IMG/VR virus record: IMGVR_UViG_3300027899_000001
Location: 248,001-312,000 of that record
DNA: 64,000 nucleotides
Strand: one strand, 5' to 3'
In this document: positions 35,387-45,634 of the stretch, one piece after another
Position numbering within the stretch: the first letter of the stretch is position 1
Layout: every line of letters starts with the position of its first letter
Position numbers and translations under genes: made by a program
The notes under the pieces: model-generated
What the model saw: only the letters and a program-made list of their open reading frames with translations
Told to the model about the DNA's origin: nothing
The model's database searches: none

Positions 35387-36124
35387 ATGAAAGTATATAC
35401 ACATACGCAATTTGGAGATCATGTTGTAACATTTGGAATTATTAAAGAATATTCAAAACAATATGATGAAGTAATATTAACTATTAGTGATAACGCACAA
35501 GGAACTTTAGTAAGTTCTTCTCATAATGATAATATTAAAAGATTATTTTCAAGTATTCCTAATGTAGTTTTAACAACTGAACGATTTGCAGATAATGAAT
35601 ATGATAAAATTATTAGTAGCGGTTGGTGGTATGAACAAGTTAAGCCATGGTTTGAAAATCAAGATTTACCATATACATTAGGAGATAATATGATAGGAGA
35701 TAGATTTTGGTATATTCTTGGTGGTGTTCCATTTTATTTAAAATGGGATAATTTTTACTTTGAAAGAGATCCCAAAAAAGAAAAAGAAGCATATTATGAT
35801 ATATTTGGATTAAAAGAAAATCAACAATATTTATTTTTACATGAAGATCCAAAAAGAAATAATGGAATATGTATAAATAGGAAGTATGTTAGTGATATGT
35901 ATAGAGTAATTGAATTAGCAAAATATCCTGAAGTAAGCGTGTTAGATATTTTATACACTATTGAAAAAGCTAAAGAAGTGCATATTATTAATACTGGATT
36001 AAGATCTTTTATAGATTTAATGAATATAAATCATAACAATTTAATTTATCATAAATACACAAGACCTAATCCAGTAGAACAAGCAGCAATGAGATTAAAT
36101 TGGAAAGTAATAGATAAATTTTAA
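35387..36124 (+). CDS. Putative GT-B glycosyltransferase, paralog 2 of 3
   Basis: 'QFGDH...G', 'WDNFYFERD', 'YTIEKAKEVH'. Confidence 0.55.
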   Translation: MKVYTHTQFGDHVVTFGIIKEYSKQYDEVILTISDNAQGTLVSSSHNDNIKRLFSSIPNVVLTTERFADNEYDKIISSGWWYEQVKPWFENQDLPYTLGDNMIGDRFWYILGGVPFYLKWDNFYFERDPKKEKEAYYDIFGLKENQQYLFLHEDPKRNNGICINRKYVSDMYRVIELAKYPEVSVLDILYTIEKAKEVHIINTGLRSFIDLMNINHNNLIYHKYTRPNPVEQAAMRLNWKVIDKF

Positions 36125-36126
36125 AT

Positions 36127-36768
36127 ATGGAAGGTAGCAGAACAGATATAATAAATTCTATTTTTGATAATTTTGATTTTGAATCTTATCTTGAAATAGG
36201 AGTGTATTATCCAGAAAATAATTTTAATAAAATTAATGCAAAATTAAAGCATTCAGTTGATAATCTTCTTGGAGCTTCCACTTGGTATACATATTATGTG
36301 GATAGCGATTGTTTTTTTGAAAAACATGTAGGAAATCAAAAATATGATGTTATTTTTATAGATGCATTACATGAAGAACATCAATGCTATAGAGATGTTA
36401 AAAATGCATTAAAACATCTTAATAAAAATGGATTTATTGTAATGCATGATTGTAATCCATTAGAAGAAAAAAATACAATACCATATAAAGATTTTCTTAA
36501 CGGTGTAGATTCTGGAGGAAGATGGAATGGAACAGTTTATCGTGCATATGTACGATTAAAAAATGAATTAAGAGATTATTCATGTTTTACAGTTGATGAA
36601 GATTGTGGAGGATGTGGAATTTTAACACAACAAAAATTATTACCAAATAATCCATTGCCATTTAATGTTGATAATTTTGGTTGGAAAGAATTTGATGAAA
36701 ATCGAAAAAAAACATTACAATTAATTTCTTATGATGAATATCTTCATATACTAAACACTGCGAGATGA
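36127..36768 (+). CDS. Class I SAM methyltransferase (Methyltransf_24-like)
   Basis: 'YLEIGV', 'YDVIFIDALH', 'IVMHD'. Confidence 0.75.
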   Translation: MEGSRTDIINSIFDNFDFESYLEIGVYYPENNFNKINAKLKHSVDNLLGASTWYTYYVDSDCFFEKHVGNQKYDVIFIDALHEEHQCYRDVKNALKHLNKNGFIVMHDCNPLEEKNTIPYKDFLNGVDSGGRWNGTVYRAYVRLKNELRDYSCFTVDEDCGGCGILTQQKLLPNNPLPFNVDNFGWKEFDENRKKTLQLISYDEYLHILNTAR

Positions 36769-37385
36769 ATTATTATAGCCAAACAGGAGAAGATAAAATA
36801 ATAGAAGAATATTTTGAAAAAAATTATATTGGTGGTTGTATAGAAGTTGGCGCAATGGATGGCGTAGGTAATAGCAATACTAATTATTTTGAAAAAAGTG
36901 GATGGTATAGTTTATGTGTTGAACCAAATCCTCATTATTTTAAACAATTAATTAATAATAGATTACATAGCATTAATTACGCTATATCAAATGTTAATGA
37001 TGATTTAATTTTTAATATAGTAGATATTAAAGACTCGTATATTCATCAAGATGCTATAAGTTCTTTAAAAATAGATGATAGACTATTTAATCAACACAAA
37101 GATTTAGGATATAATATGTCAATAATACCTATAATCGTTAAGGCTATAACATTAGACTATTGTATTGAACATTTTTATAAATATGATACACTAGATTTTA
37201 TAAGTATTGATACAGAAGGAACAGAATTAGATGTACTAAAAGGATTTTCTATTGAAAAATGGATTCCTAAATTATTAATAATTGAAAATAATTATAATGA
37301 CCCAGATATAGAAATTTATTTAGATATGTTTGGATATAAAAAAGATAGAAGATTAGCAGTAAATGATTTTTATATTAAAAAATGA
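36765..37385 (+). CDS. FkbM-family methyltransferase
   Basis: 'YYSQ.GED', 'IEVGA.DG...SNT', 'VEPNP', 'IDTEG.E..VL.G'. Confidence 0.85.
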   Translation: MNYYSQTGEDKIIEEYFEKNYIGGCIEVGAMDGVGNSNTNYFEKSGWYSLCVEPNPHYFKQLINNRLHSINYAISNVNDDLIFNIVDIKDSYIHQDAISSLKIDDRLFNQHKDLGYNMSIIPIIVKAITLDYCIEHFYKYDTLDFISIDTEGTELDVLKGFSIEKWIPKLLIIENNYNDPDIEIYLDMFGYKKDRRLAVNDFYIKK

Positions 37386-37828
37386 AATTTATTCAATTAT
37401 CTAACATAGAATTTTTAAAATCTTCTATAGAAAAATTTTTTATAGATAATAAATACGCGTATGCATTTTTTAGTCCGCATGAATATTCTTATGATGCATT
37501 ATTAAAAGAAATAGCTTCTAAACCAAAAGATTATTTTGTATTTTTAATGGATGATAATAATATTGCTGGATATGGTTTACTTAGAGGATGGAGCGAAGGA
37601 TATGATATTCCAAGCTTAGGAATAATGATAGATATTAATTATCAAGGAAAAAAATTATCAGAAACATTGATGAATCACCTACATCAAATTTGTGTTGATA
37701 GAAATGCTAAAAAAATAAGACTAAGAGTTTATAGAAAAAACTATAAAGCAATTTCTCTTTATAATAAATTAGGATATGTATTATCTGATTTTGATGAAAA
37801 TACATTTATAGGATTTAAAACATTATAA
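37382..37828 (+). CDS. GNAT N-acetyltransferase
   Basis: 'YQGKKLSETLM', 'N.KAI.LY.KLG'. Confidence 0.85.
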   Translation: MKFIQLSNIEFLKSSIEKFFIDNKYAYAFFSPHEYSYDALLKEIASKPKDYFVFLMDDNNIAGYGLLRGWSEGYDIPSLGIMIDINYQGKKLSETLMNHLHQICVDRNAKKIRLRVYRKNYKAISLYNKLGYVLSDFDENTFIGFKTL

Positions 37829-37829
37829 T

Positions 37830-38132
37830 ATGGCAGATACAGTAGGATCACTTATAGATAAATTAACTACAGTTGATTTAAAATTATGGAATAGTCAAGA
37901 AATTTTATATGAAATAAGAAGAATGACTTTTGAAGAATATAAAGAAAAATATTTTAAATCAGAAGAAGGTGCAAAAGAAATGTGGGAAATGCTCAAAAAA
38001 ACCACAGATCTTAATTATCAAAGAAGTTCATTGATACATGAAATTGATGAAAAATTAATTGATATGATTAATACAGGATTAAGCGGAGACGATTTTTTAA
38101 AATATACACAAAACCCTCATAAAACTTATTAA
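37830..38132 (+). CDS. Small helical protein, DUF4254-like
   Basis: 'T.GSLIDKL...LKLW...N.QRS.LI.EID'. Confidence 0.55.
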   Translation: MADTVGSLIDKLTTVDLKLWNSQEILYEIRRMTFEEYKEKYFKSEEGAKEMWEMLKKTTDLNYQRSSLIHEIDEKLIDMINTGLSGDDFLKYTQNPHKTY

Positions 38133-38133
38133 A

Positions 38134-39240
38134 ATGATACCATCATACAGACCTTATTTACCAAAGAGAGTTCTAAAATATGCGCATGAAGCTCTTGATT
38201 CAACATGGATTTCATGTTACGGAAAATACATACAAATGGTTGAAGAAAAATTAAGTGAAATTTCTCAATGTAAATATGTATTAACAACCGATCATGGCAC
38301 TTCTGCAGTACATTTGGTTGCAAAGGCTCTTGAGTTTAAATATCCTGAAATTAAAAAACTTATTGTTCCTTCAAATGTTTTTGTAGCAGCTTGGAATATG
38401 TTTATCACTAATCCTATTTATGAATTAATTCCAGTAGAAGCAGATATTAATACGTGGAATATTAATTATGAGTATTTAATAAAAGCTCATAAGGAACATC
38501 CAGATGCTGCATTTTTAGCAGTTCATAATATGGGCAATATCATAAATATTCCCTATATAAAATTTCATTGTCCTAATATGATTATTGTTGAAGATAATTG
38601 TGAAGGGTTTTTAGGTAGTTATGGAAACTATAAAGCGGGTTCACAGGCATTAGCATCTGCTATATCTTTTTTTGGAGGTAAAACTATTACAACAGGAGAA
38701 GGCGGCGCATTTTGCACAAATGATGAAGAAATTGCTAATGAAATTAAAAGAGTAAAATCACAAGGAGTTACATCAAGAAATTTTGTTTTTTCTGGCTTAG
38801 GATATAATTATAGAATGACTAACGTTGAAGCTGGTCTTTTATATGGTCAACTTGAAATATTAGATGAAATACTTGAATTAAAAAATAATGTTTTTAATTT
38901 ATATAAAGAAGAATTGGAAAATGTGGAAGAAATTGAATTTCAAGAATCATCAGAAGTTTGTAAACATTCTCATTGGATGTTTGGAATAAGAATGAAAACT
39001 TTCAATAAAGAAAAAACAGATGCACTAAAATATTTTCTTTATACAGGTAATGTAGAAACAAGACCTATGTTTCCTCCAATGAATTATCATAGTCATTTTA
39101 GTCATTTTCCTGATTTTTCAGTTTCAAAACAATTATTTGAAACTGCCTTTATTCTTCCATCCTTTCCTGATTTAACTAAAAAAGAAATAAAATACATATG
39201 TAAAACGCTTAAAGATTATTTACATAAAAATGGGAATTAA
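38134..39240 (+). CDS. DegT/DnrJ/EryC1/StrS PLP-dependent sugar aminotransferase (perosamine-synthase-like)
   Basis: 'GTSAVHL', 'VEDNCE', 'SFFGGKTITTGEGG', 'GYNYRMTN'. Confidence 0.9.
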   Translation: MIPSYRPYLPKRVLKYAHEALDSTWISCYGKYIQMVEEKLSEISQCKYVLTTDHGTSAVHLVAKALEFKYPEIKKLIVPSNVFVAAWNMFITNPIYELIPVEADINTWNINYEYLIKAHKEHPDAAFLAVHNMGNIINIPYIKFHCPNMIIVEDNCEGFLGSYGNYKAGSQALASAISFFGGKTITTGEGGAFCTNDEEIANEIKRVKSQGVTSRNFVFSGLGYNYRMTNVEAGLLYGQLEILDEILELKNNVFNLYKEELENVEEIEFQESSEVCKHSHWMFGIRMKTFNKEKTDALKYFLYTGNVETRPMFPPMNYHSHFSHFPDFSVSKQLFETAFILPSFPDLTKKEIKYICKTLKDYLHKNGN

Positions 39241-39924
39241 ATGAAAATTTTAATACTTGGTGATGGTAAATTAGCAACAGAACTAATTAAACAAACGGGA
39301 TGGGATTATATTAGTCGTAAAAAAGATGATATAGATTTTACTTATCCATTTACATATTTAGAAAAACTTAGATCATATGATGTTGTTATAAATTGTATAG
39401 GATATACAAAAACATATGAAAATGAAAGAAAAAAGAACTGGAATATTAATTATGTTGGTGTTATTCATTTAATGAATTATTGTAATAGTTTTCATAAAAA
39501 ATTGGTTCAAATTAGTACTGATTATGTTTATGCTAATTCAAATAATTCTCATTCTGAAGATGATATTCCAGTTCATTTTGAAAGTTGGTATACATATACA
39601 AAACTTTTAGCTGATGGATATATTCAAGCAGTAGGAAAGAATTATTTATTATTAAGAACTACATTTAAACCTCGCCCATTTCCATGGAAAAAAGCATGGG
39701 ATGATATAAAAACGAATTCTGATTATGTTGATGTTATTGCAAATTTAATAATAGAATTGATAAAAAAAGAAGCTACTGGAGTTTATAATGTAGGAACTAA
39801 TCCAAAAACATATTTTAAATTAGCTATTAAAACTAATCCCGGCTGTCAACTTGATAATAGTAATGAATTTAATCATCCTAAAAATGTTACTATGAATTTA
39901 GATAAATTACATAACATACTATGA
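39241..39924 (+). CDS. RmlD-like NDP-4-keto-sugar reductase (SDR)
   Basis: 'LILGDGKL', 'VINCIGYT', 'QISTDYV', 'YTYTK', 'LLLRT'. Confidence 0.8.
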   Translation: MKILILGDGKLATELIKQTGWDYISRKKDDIDFTYPFTYLEKLRSYDVVINCIGYTKTYENERKKNWNINYVGVIHLMNYCNSFHKKLVQISTDYVYANSNNSHSEDDIPVHFESWYTYTKLLADGYIQAVGKNYLLLRTTFKPRPFPWKKAWDDIKTNSDYVDVIANLIIELIKKEATGVYNVGTNPKTYFKLAIKTNPGCQLDNSNEFNHPKNVTMNLDKLHNIL

Positions 39925-41234
39925 TAACTACTCCATTTTATGAATTTAAAAATTCTTTAACAACAGAAAATAAATTTCAAAGTCTAATTTCTTTTATGAA
40001 TTCTTATCAATATATAAGAGAGAACAATTATTTTAAGGTTCATGAAATTGATTTAAAAGAAATAAAAAAATGGAATATAAATAATAAAGAAATAGTTCAT
40101 GAATCTGGAAAATTTTTCAAAATTGAGGGAATAAAAGTTCATACAAATTATGGAAATAAACATGATTGGGATCAGCCTATTATCAATCAACATGAAATAG
40201 GAATATTGGGTATAATTACTAAAGTACGTAATGGCGTGCGTTATTTTTTAATGCAACTTAAAATGGAACCAGGCAATATAAATCTTTTACAATTATCTCC
40301 AACTGTGCAGGCAACAAAAAGTAATTTTTTACAAGTTCATAAGGGAAAATCTACATTATATTTAGAGTATTTTGCCGAAAATAAAAAATCAAAAATATTA
40401 ATTGACCAATTACAATCAGAACAAGGTGGAAGATTTCTTAGAAAAAGAAATCGTAATATGATTGTAGAAATATATGATGAATTTGTAATTCCAGAAAATT
40501 TCTTTTGGTTAACATTAGGAGAAATAAAAAACCTTTTGCATTTAGAAAATTTTGTAAACATGGATGCAAGATCTGTGTTGTCTACTATTCCTCTTGATTA
40601 TGATTTTGGCATGCCATTATATGCTGATCAAGAAGTAATACGTTGGTTTATTGATCAAAAAATGAAATATGAATTACAAATAGAAAAGGTATCATTATCA
40701 CAATTAAAAGATTGGCATATAGCTAAAAATAGAATTTATAATTTTTATAGAGCTGATAAGTTTTTTACAGTAATAGGAATAAAAGTTGAAACAAAAAACA
40801 GAGAAATATTTTCTTGGTGCCAGCCTATGTTTAAAGATGAAAACGAAGGATTAATAGGACTTATAATGAAAAAATTTAAAGGCGATAATCATTATTTATT
40901 TCAAGTAAAAGTATTACCAGGTAATATAGATATTATTGATTTATCGCCAACTGTATCATATTCAAATTATAAACAATATATAGGATATGAAGATCAACTT
41001 GAATTTTTTGATAGATTCATATATCCAAAAAATTCACAAATTTTATATGATGTAAAACAGTCAGAAGAAGGGGGAAGATTTTATCATTTACAAACTAGAA
41101 ATATGCTAATTGAGATAGATGATGAAATAGATATTCCTGATAATTATATTTGGCTTAATAAAGATCAAATAAACAAATTTTTACCTTACGGAATGTTTAA
41201 TGTAGAATCAAGAAGTTTAATTTCAATAATATAA
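39921..41234 (+). CDS. NDP-hexose 2,3-dehydratase (EvaA/TylX3/OleV family)
   Basis: Duplicated domain: 'WDQPII.Q.E.GILG...EPGN...QLSPTVQAT.SN...QSEQGGRF..K.NRN' and 'QSEEGGRFY...RN'. Confidence 0.9.
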   Translation: MITTPFYEFKNSLTTENKFQSLISFMNSYQYIRENNYFKVHEIDLKEIKKWNINNKEIVHESGKFFKIEGIKVHTNYGNKHDWDQPIINQHEIGILGIITKVRNGVRYFLMQLKMEPGNINLLQLSPTVQATKSNFLQVHKGKSTLYLEYFAENKKSKILIDQLQSEQGGRFLRKRNRNMIVEIYDEFVIPENFFWLTLGEIKNLLHLENFVNMDARSVLSTIPLDYDFGMPLYADQEVIRWFIDQKMKYELQIEKVSLSQLKDWHIAKNRIYNFYRADKFFTVIGIKVETKNREIFSWCQPMFKDENEGLIGLIMKKFKGDNHYLFQVKVLPGNIDIIDLSPTVSYSNYKQYIGYEDQLEFFDRFIYPKNSQILYDVKQSEEGGRFYHLQTRNMLIEIDDEIDIPDNYIWLNKDQINKFLPYGMFNVESRSLISII

Positions 41235-41246
41235 ATAATATAAATT

Positions 41247-42185
41247 ATGAATGTAGCATTAATTGGAACAGGATATTGGGGTAAAAAATATGTACATACT
41301 TTAATGAGTATAGAAGATATAAATTTATCCTGGGTATGTGCAAAAACTGATACAGAAAAATTTGCACCAACAAATACAAAATTCACTAACAACTATAAAG
41401 ATATTCTGCATGATAAAGATGTAGAATGCATTATAATTGCAACACCACTTGAAACACACTATGAAATAGCAAAAGACTGCCTAATAGCAAGAAAGCATGT
41501 ATTATTAGAAAAACCATTTACAAGAACTTCTGAAGAAGCTTCAAAATTATTTCATATAGCAATAGAAGAAGAACTTATATTAATGCCCGGACATATTTAT
41601 TTACATCATGACGGTATAGTACAATTAAAAAAATTAATAGATAACAAAAAAATAGGTAAAGTTGAATCTTTTTTTTCAAAAAGATTAAGTACAAGTTATA
41701 AATATTTAAATGCGTTATGGGAAGCTGGCGCGCACGATATATACATATTAGATTATTTTTTTGGTGATAAGTATAGTTATGAAATGAAAAATATAATGGG
41801 GGATATTACTCATTGCGTATTTAATTTAGAATATAATAATAAAAATAAATTAAATTCACCATATATTTATAATGATCCTAATTTACATATAATAAATGTG
41901 TATATTGAAGTTTGTAATAAATATCCAAATAAAGTAAGAGAAATAATTATAAATGGGTCTAAAAAACAAGCAATATTTGATGACAAGTCAATAGTTTTAA
42001 TAGATAATATAACTAGAGAAATCGATATTGTACAGTATAATAATACTATATCACCATTAGAAAAACAATGTAGACATTTCTTTGAGTGTATAAGAAATAA
42101 TAATATTAAACCTATATCTAACGCTTTTGATGGATTTAAGAATATACAAGTACTAGAAAGAATTAATAGTTTATTAAATCTTTAA
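41247..42185 (+). CDS. Gfo/Idh/MocA oxidoreductase (probable NDP-sugar 3-ketoreductase)
   Basis: 'IGTGYWG', 'IATP..TH', 'KHVLLEKP'. Confidence 0.85.
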   Translation: MNVALIGTGYWGKKYVHTLMSIEDINLSWVCAKTDTEKFAPTNTKFTNNYKDILHDKDVECIIIATPLETHYEIAKDCLIARKHVLLEKPFTRTSEEASKLFHIAIEEELILMPGHIYLHHDGIVQLKKLIDNKKIGKVESFFSKRLSTSYKYLNALWEAGAHDIYILDYFFGDKYSYEMKNIMGDITHCVFNLEYNNKNKLNSPYIYNDPNLHIINVYIEVCNKYPNKVREIIINGSKKQAIFDDKSIVLIDNITREIDIVQYNNTISPLEKQCRHFFECIRNNNIKPISNAFDGFKNIQVLERINSLLNL

Positions 42186-42197
42186 ATATAAAATAAT

Positions 42198-43064
42198 ATG
42201 GACAAATTAAAAGTAGCCTTTTTAGATTTTTGGCCAGAAATAACAGATGAAAATATATTTTTACCGATTCTTCAAAATCATTTTGATGTAGAAATAACAA
42301 AAAATAATCCTGATGTAATTATACATTCTATATTTGGTGGTATGCGAGAAACTCCTAATTATAAGTGTAAAAAAATTCTTTATCTTGGTGAAAATTATAG
42401 ACCAACAAATTTTAAATCTGATTATTCTATATCTTTTGATCCTCAAACTGAAACAAATTATAGATTACCTTTATGGCAATTATATATGATTCTAAGTCCT
42501 GTTCAAAAAGAAGCATTATTTGGACCAAGAATTAACTATGAACATTTTGATAGAGGTGGTTCTTTTGTTGTATCAAATCCTGGTAATTTCTTTAGAAACG
42601 GATTTTATGATAGTTTTAGTTTTGTATCTTGGCTGCAATGGTTTTCATATGGAAGATATAAGACAAATAGTTATGATTTAATAAAAGCTTCACAAGGAAA
42701 ATATTGGAGACAAGCAAAATATGAATTTTTTCAACAATATAAACATAAATATGCTATAGTATTTGAAAATAATTCATATCCTTATTATTGTACTGAAAAG
42801 CTAATGGATGCATTTCTAGCAGGCAGTTTACCTTTATATTGGGGCGATCCTAAAGTAAACGAAGACTGGAATAAAGAAGCATTTATAAATGTAGGAAAAC
42901 TTGGACAACAAGCAGCGCATGAATTAGTTCATTCTATGGAAAGAGATCCTATTTTATTTCGAGATATGTATTCAAAGCCAGTATTTACAGATGAACAGCG
43001 TCAAAAACATTTAAATAATATTGATGGTTTTAAAGATTGGCTAATAAATATAATAAAAAAATAA
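42198..43064 (+). CDS. Glycosyltransferase family 10 (alpha-1,3-fucosyltransferase-like)
   Basis: 'FEN...YY.TEKL.DAF.AG..P.YWG'. Confidence 0.85.
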   Translation: MDKLKVAFLDFWPEITDENIFLPILQNHFDVEITKNNPDVIIHSIFGGMRETPNYKCKKILYLGENYRPTNFKSDYSISFDPQTETNYRLPLWQLYMILSPVQKEALFGPRINYEHFDRGGSFVVSNPGNFFRNGFYDSFSFVSWLQWFSYGRYKTNSYDLIKASQGKYWRQAKYEFFQQYKHKYAIVFENNSYPYYCTEKLMDAFLAGSLPLYWGDPKVNEDWNKEAFINVGKLGQQAAHELVHSMERDPILFRDMYSKPVFTDEQRQKHLNNIDGFKDWLINIIKK

Positions 43065-43837
43065 TATTAATGAAAAAATTAGAAATTACAACAATCGTTG
43101 GATGCAGCAATATGTGTTCGTATTGTCCGCAAGAGTTACTCATAAAAGCATATACAGACAAAAAGAAAAAAATGAGTTTTGAAGATTTTAAAAAGATAAT
43201 GGCCAATGTTCCCAAAAATGTTGGCATTGATTTTTCAGGTTTTTCAGAAGCATTTTTAAATAAAGAATCATCTTTGATGATGAAATATTCTATTGAAAAT
43301 GGATATAACACTGTTTTATATACTACTCTTACAGGTTTTACAGAAAATGATGTTGAAGTTTTAAAAGGACTATATTTTGATAGTGTAGTTTTTCATCAAT
43401 ACGATGGTAAATCATTTAATTCAGAAAAATTTAATGTAAAAAGAACATTATTTGAAAGTTCAATACGATCTAAACAAAAATTTGGATTAGCATTTATTGA
43501 ATCTCCAGATAAATCTAAAAAAGGACTTACTCTTTGGTCAAGAGGCGGCAATCTATTTGAAATGACACCAGTAAAAGGACCTGTATTTTGTTCATCTGCG
43601 CCTGAAGATTTTAATCATAATTTAGTTATGCCTAATGGCGATGTTTATATATGTTGTATGGATTATGGATTAAAACATAAATTAGGAAATTTAAACGAAA
43701 CTAATTACAATAACTTAGATAGAACTATTATAACACAGCTCTCTAATAAGAGTATGTCTGATTTGTTATGTAGAACATGTGAACTTTGTAAACAAAGATA
43801 TGAAATATTAATAGGGGGAATGCCTCATAAATTTTAA
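43037..43837 (+). CDS. Radical SAM / SPASM-type protein
   Basis: 'GCSNMCSYC'; C-terminal 'NGDV..CC.D...LGN...C..C'. Confidence 0.8.
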   Translation: MANKYNKKIILMKKLEITTIVGCSNMCSYCPQELLIKAYTDKKKKMSFEDFKKIMANVPKNVGIDFSGFSEAFLNKESSLMMKYSIENGYNTVLYTTLTGFTENDVEVLKGLYFDSVVFHQYDGKSFNSEKFNVKRTLFESSIRSKQKFGLAFIESPDKSKKGLTLWSRGGNLFEMTPVKGPVFCSSAPEDFNHNLVMPNGDVYICCMDYGLKHKLGNLNETNYNNLDRTIITQLSNKSMSDLLCRTCELCKQRYEILIGGMPHKF

Positions 43838-43840
43838 ATT

Positions 43841-44512
43841 ATGAATATAGTTGTAATCAGTCTCGAAAGAGCTGTAAATAGAAGAGAACGTATAAAAGCT
43901 CAATTAGAAGAAAGAAAGATTGATGCAATAATAATGGATGCTGTTGATGGAAAAAACCTTTCTGAACAAGAACTTAATAAAAGAATATCTTTACAGGGAG
44001 GGTATCGTTTTGGTGAAAAATTTAAGCCAGGAGAAATAGCATGTACTATGTCTCATATAAATGCACTTAAAATTGCACAAGAAAAAGATTGGCCATATTT
44101 AATTGTATTAGAAGATGATATAATCATGGCTGATGATTTTGAAAAAAGAATAAATTTTTTAATTAGAATTCTTCCTGCATTTTGGGAACACGTATATCTT
44201 TCAGGAATTCCACGTTTAGGATTTGCGCCTAAACCTTTATTAGATCTACCTAATATTGTTCTTTCTATTTTTACAGAGTGCACACATTCAATGATGATAA
44301 AAAATACAGCATATCAAAAATTAATTGATCATTTATCGCAATTTGAAACTACAACAGATGATATGTATAATAGCATTATAAGTAATAAGAAACTTGCATC
44401 TTTTACATATTATCCCTTTGTTACTTACCCATCAGATGATTATACATATATATGGGATCTTAAATTAGAAAGAGAACATAAAGCAAAACAATACTTCAGA
44501 AACACTATATAA
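43841..44512 (+). CDS. Glycosyltransferase, GT25-like
   Basis: 'ISLER..RR', 'AVDG', 'GEIAC..SH', 'LEDD'. Confidence 0.85.
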   Translation: MNIVVISLERAVNRRERIKAQLEERKIDAIIMDAVDGKNLSEQELNKRISLQGGYRFGEKFKPGEIACTMSHINALKIAQEKDWPYLIVLEDDIIMADDFEKRINFLIRILPAFWEHVYLSGIPRLGFAPKPLLDLPNIVLSIFTECTHSMMIKNTAYQKLIDHLSQFETTTDDMYNSIISNKKLASFTYYPFVTYPSDDYTYIWDLKLEREHKAKQYFRNTI

Positions 44513-44517
44513 AATAT

Positions 44518-45234
44518 ATGGAAAATTCAATATACATTTACCATCATCTTGGGTTAGGCGATCATTTTCTTTGCAATGGAATAGTAAGAACCTATGCAGA
44601 AAGATACGATAAAGTATTTTTATTTGCAAAACCACGAAATAATACTAATGTTGTACGTTTGTATAAAGATCTAACAAAATTAAAAGTGCTACCATTAGAT
44701 GATCCAGATGTAAGATTTTTTATGCAAATAAATCCTAATAATAATTATAAAATTATAGGAATAACTCCAGAATGGTTTAGAAAATTAGATGTAGAAAAGG
44801 CATTCTTATCATTTGATCACGGATTCTATGTAGCAGCTGATGTTCCATTTGAAGATAAATGGAATAAATTTTACTTTGAAAGAGATATTGAATCTGAGAA
44901 AAATGCATATTATAATAGACTTAATTTAAAAGATGAAGAAGAATATTTATTTGTTCATGACGATAGAGAAAGAGGAAGATATTTTAAACCTGAAACTATA
45001 GAAAAAGGAATTAAAATTATTAGAGCAACTGATTATAAAGATGTGGGAATATTTGATTTTATATACACAATAGAACATGCTAAAGAAGTTCATGTAATGA
45101 ATAGTTCTTTTTCCTGTTTAATAGATACTATGCAAATAAAAAATGATCATTTATTTTATCATCATTATGCAAGAACAGATATGGGAGAAAATCCTAATCA
45201 TCAATTTAAATTAAATTGGACAATTTTAAAATAA
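44518..45234 (+). CDS. Putative GT-B glycosyltransferase, paralog 3 of 3
   Basis: 'HLGLGDH..CNG', 'WNKFYFERD', 'YTIEHAKEVH'. Confidence 0.55.
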   Translation: MENSIYIYHHLGLGDHFLCNGIVRTYAERYDKVFLFAKPRNNTNVVRLYKDLTKLKVLPLDDPDVRFFMQINPNNNYKIIGITPEWFRKLDVEKAFLSFDHGFYVAADVPFEDKWNKFYFERDIESEKNAYYNRLNLKDEEEYLFVHDDRERGRYFKPETIEKGIKIIRATDYKDVGIFDFIYTIEHAKEVHVMNSSFSCLIDTMQIKNDHLFYHHYARTDMGENPNHQFKLNWTILK

Positions 45235-45250
45235 TTTAATAATCTATAAA

Positions 45251-45634
45251 ATGGAAATACTTGTACCTGTATCATTAGGAGAATTATATGATAAAATATC
45301 GATTTTGCTTATTAAAAAAGAAAATGTTAAAGATACAATTAAATTAGAAAATATTCAAAAAGAATTAGATATTCTTCAAGATATTGCTGAAAATTTTGAT
45401 ATTGATGGAATATATCATACAGAATTATACAATATAAACAGTCACATATGGAATATAGAAGATAAAATACGAATAAAAGAAAAAAATAAAGATTTCCATA
45501 ATGATGAATTTATTGAATTGGCTCGATCAGTTTATTTTTGGAATGATAAACGATCAGAAGTAAAAAGACAAATCAATCTTCAATATAACTCAAGTATAAT
45601 AGAAGAAAAACAATATGAAAAATACAAATTGTAG
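45251..45634 (+). CDS. Small helical protein, DUF6165-like
   Basis: 'PVSLGEL.DKI.IL.IK...L..IN..IW.IED.IR...ARSVY..ND.R...K..IN'. Confidence 0.7.
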   Translation: MEILVPVSLGELYDKISILLIKKENVKDTIKLENIQKELDILQDIAENFDIDGIYHTELYNINSHIWNIEDKIRIKEKNKDFHNDEFIELARSVYFWNDKRSEVKRQINLQYNSSIIEEKQYEKYKL

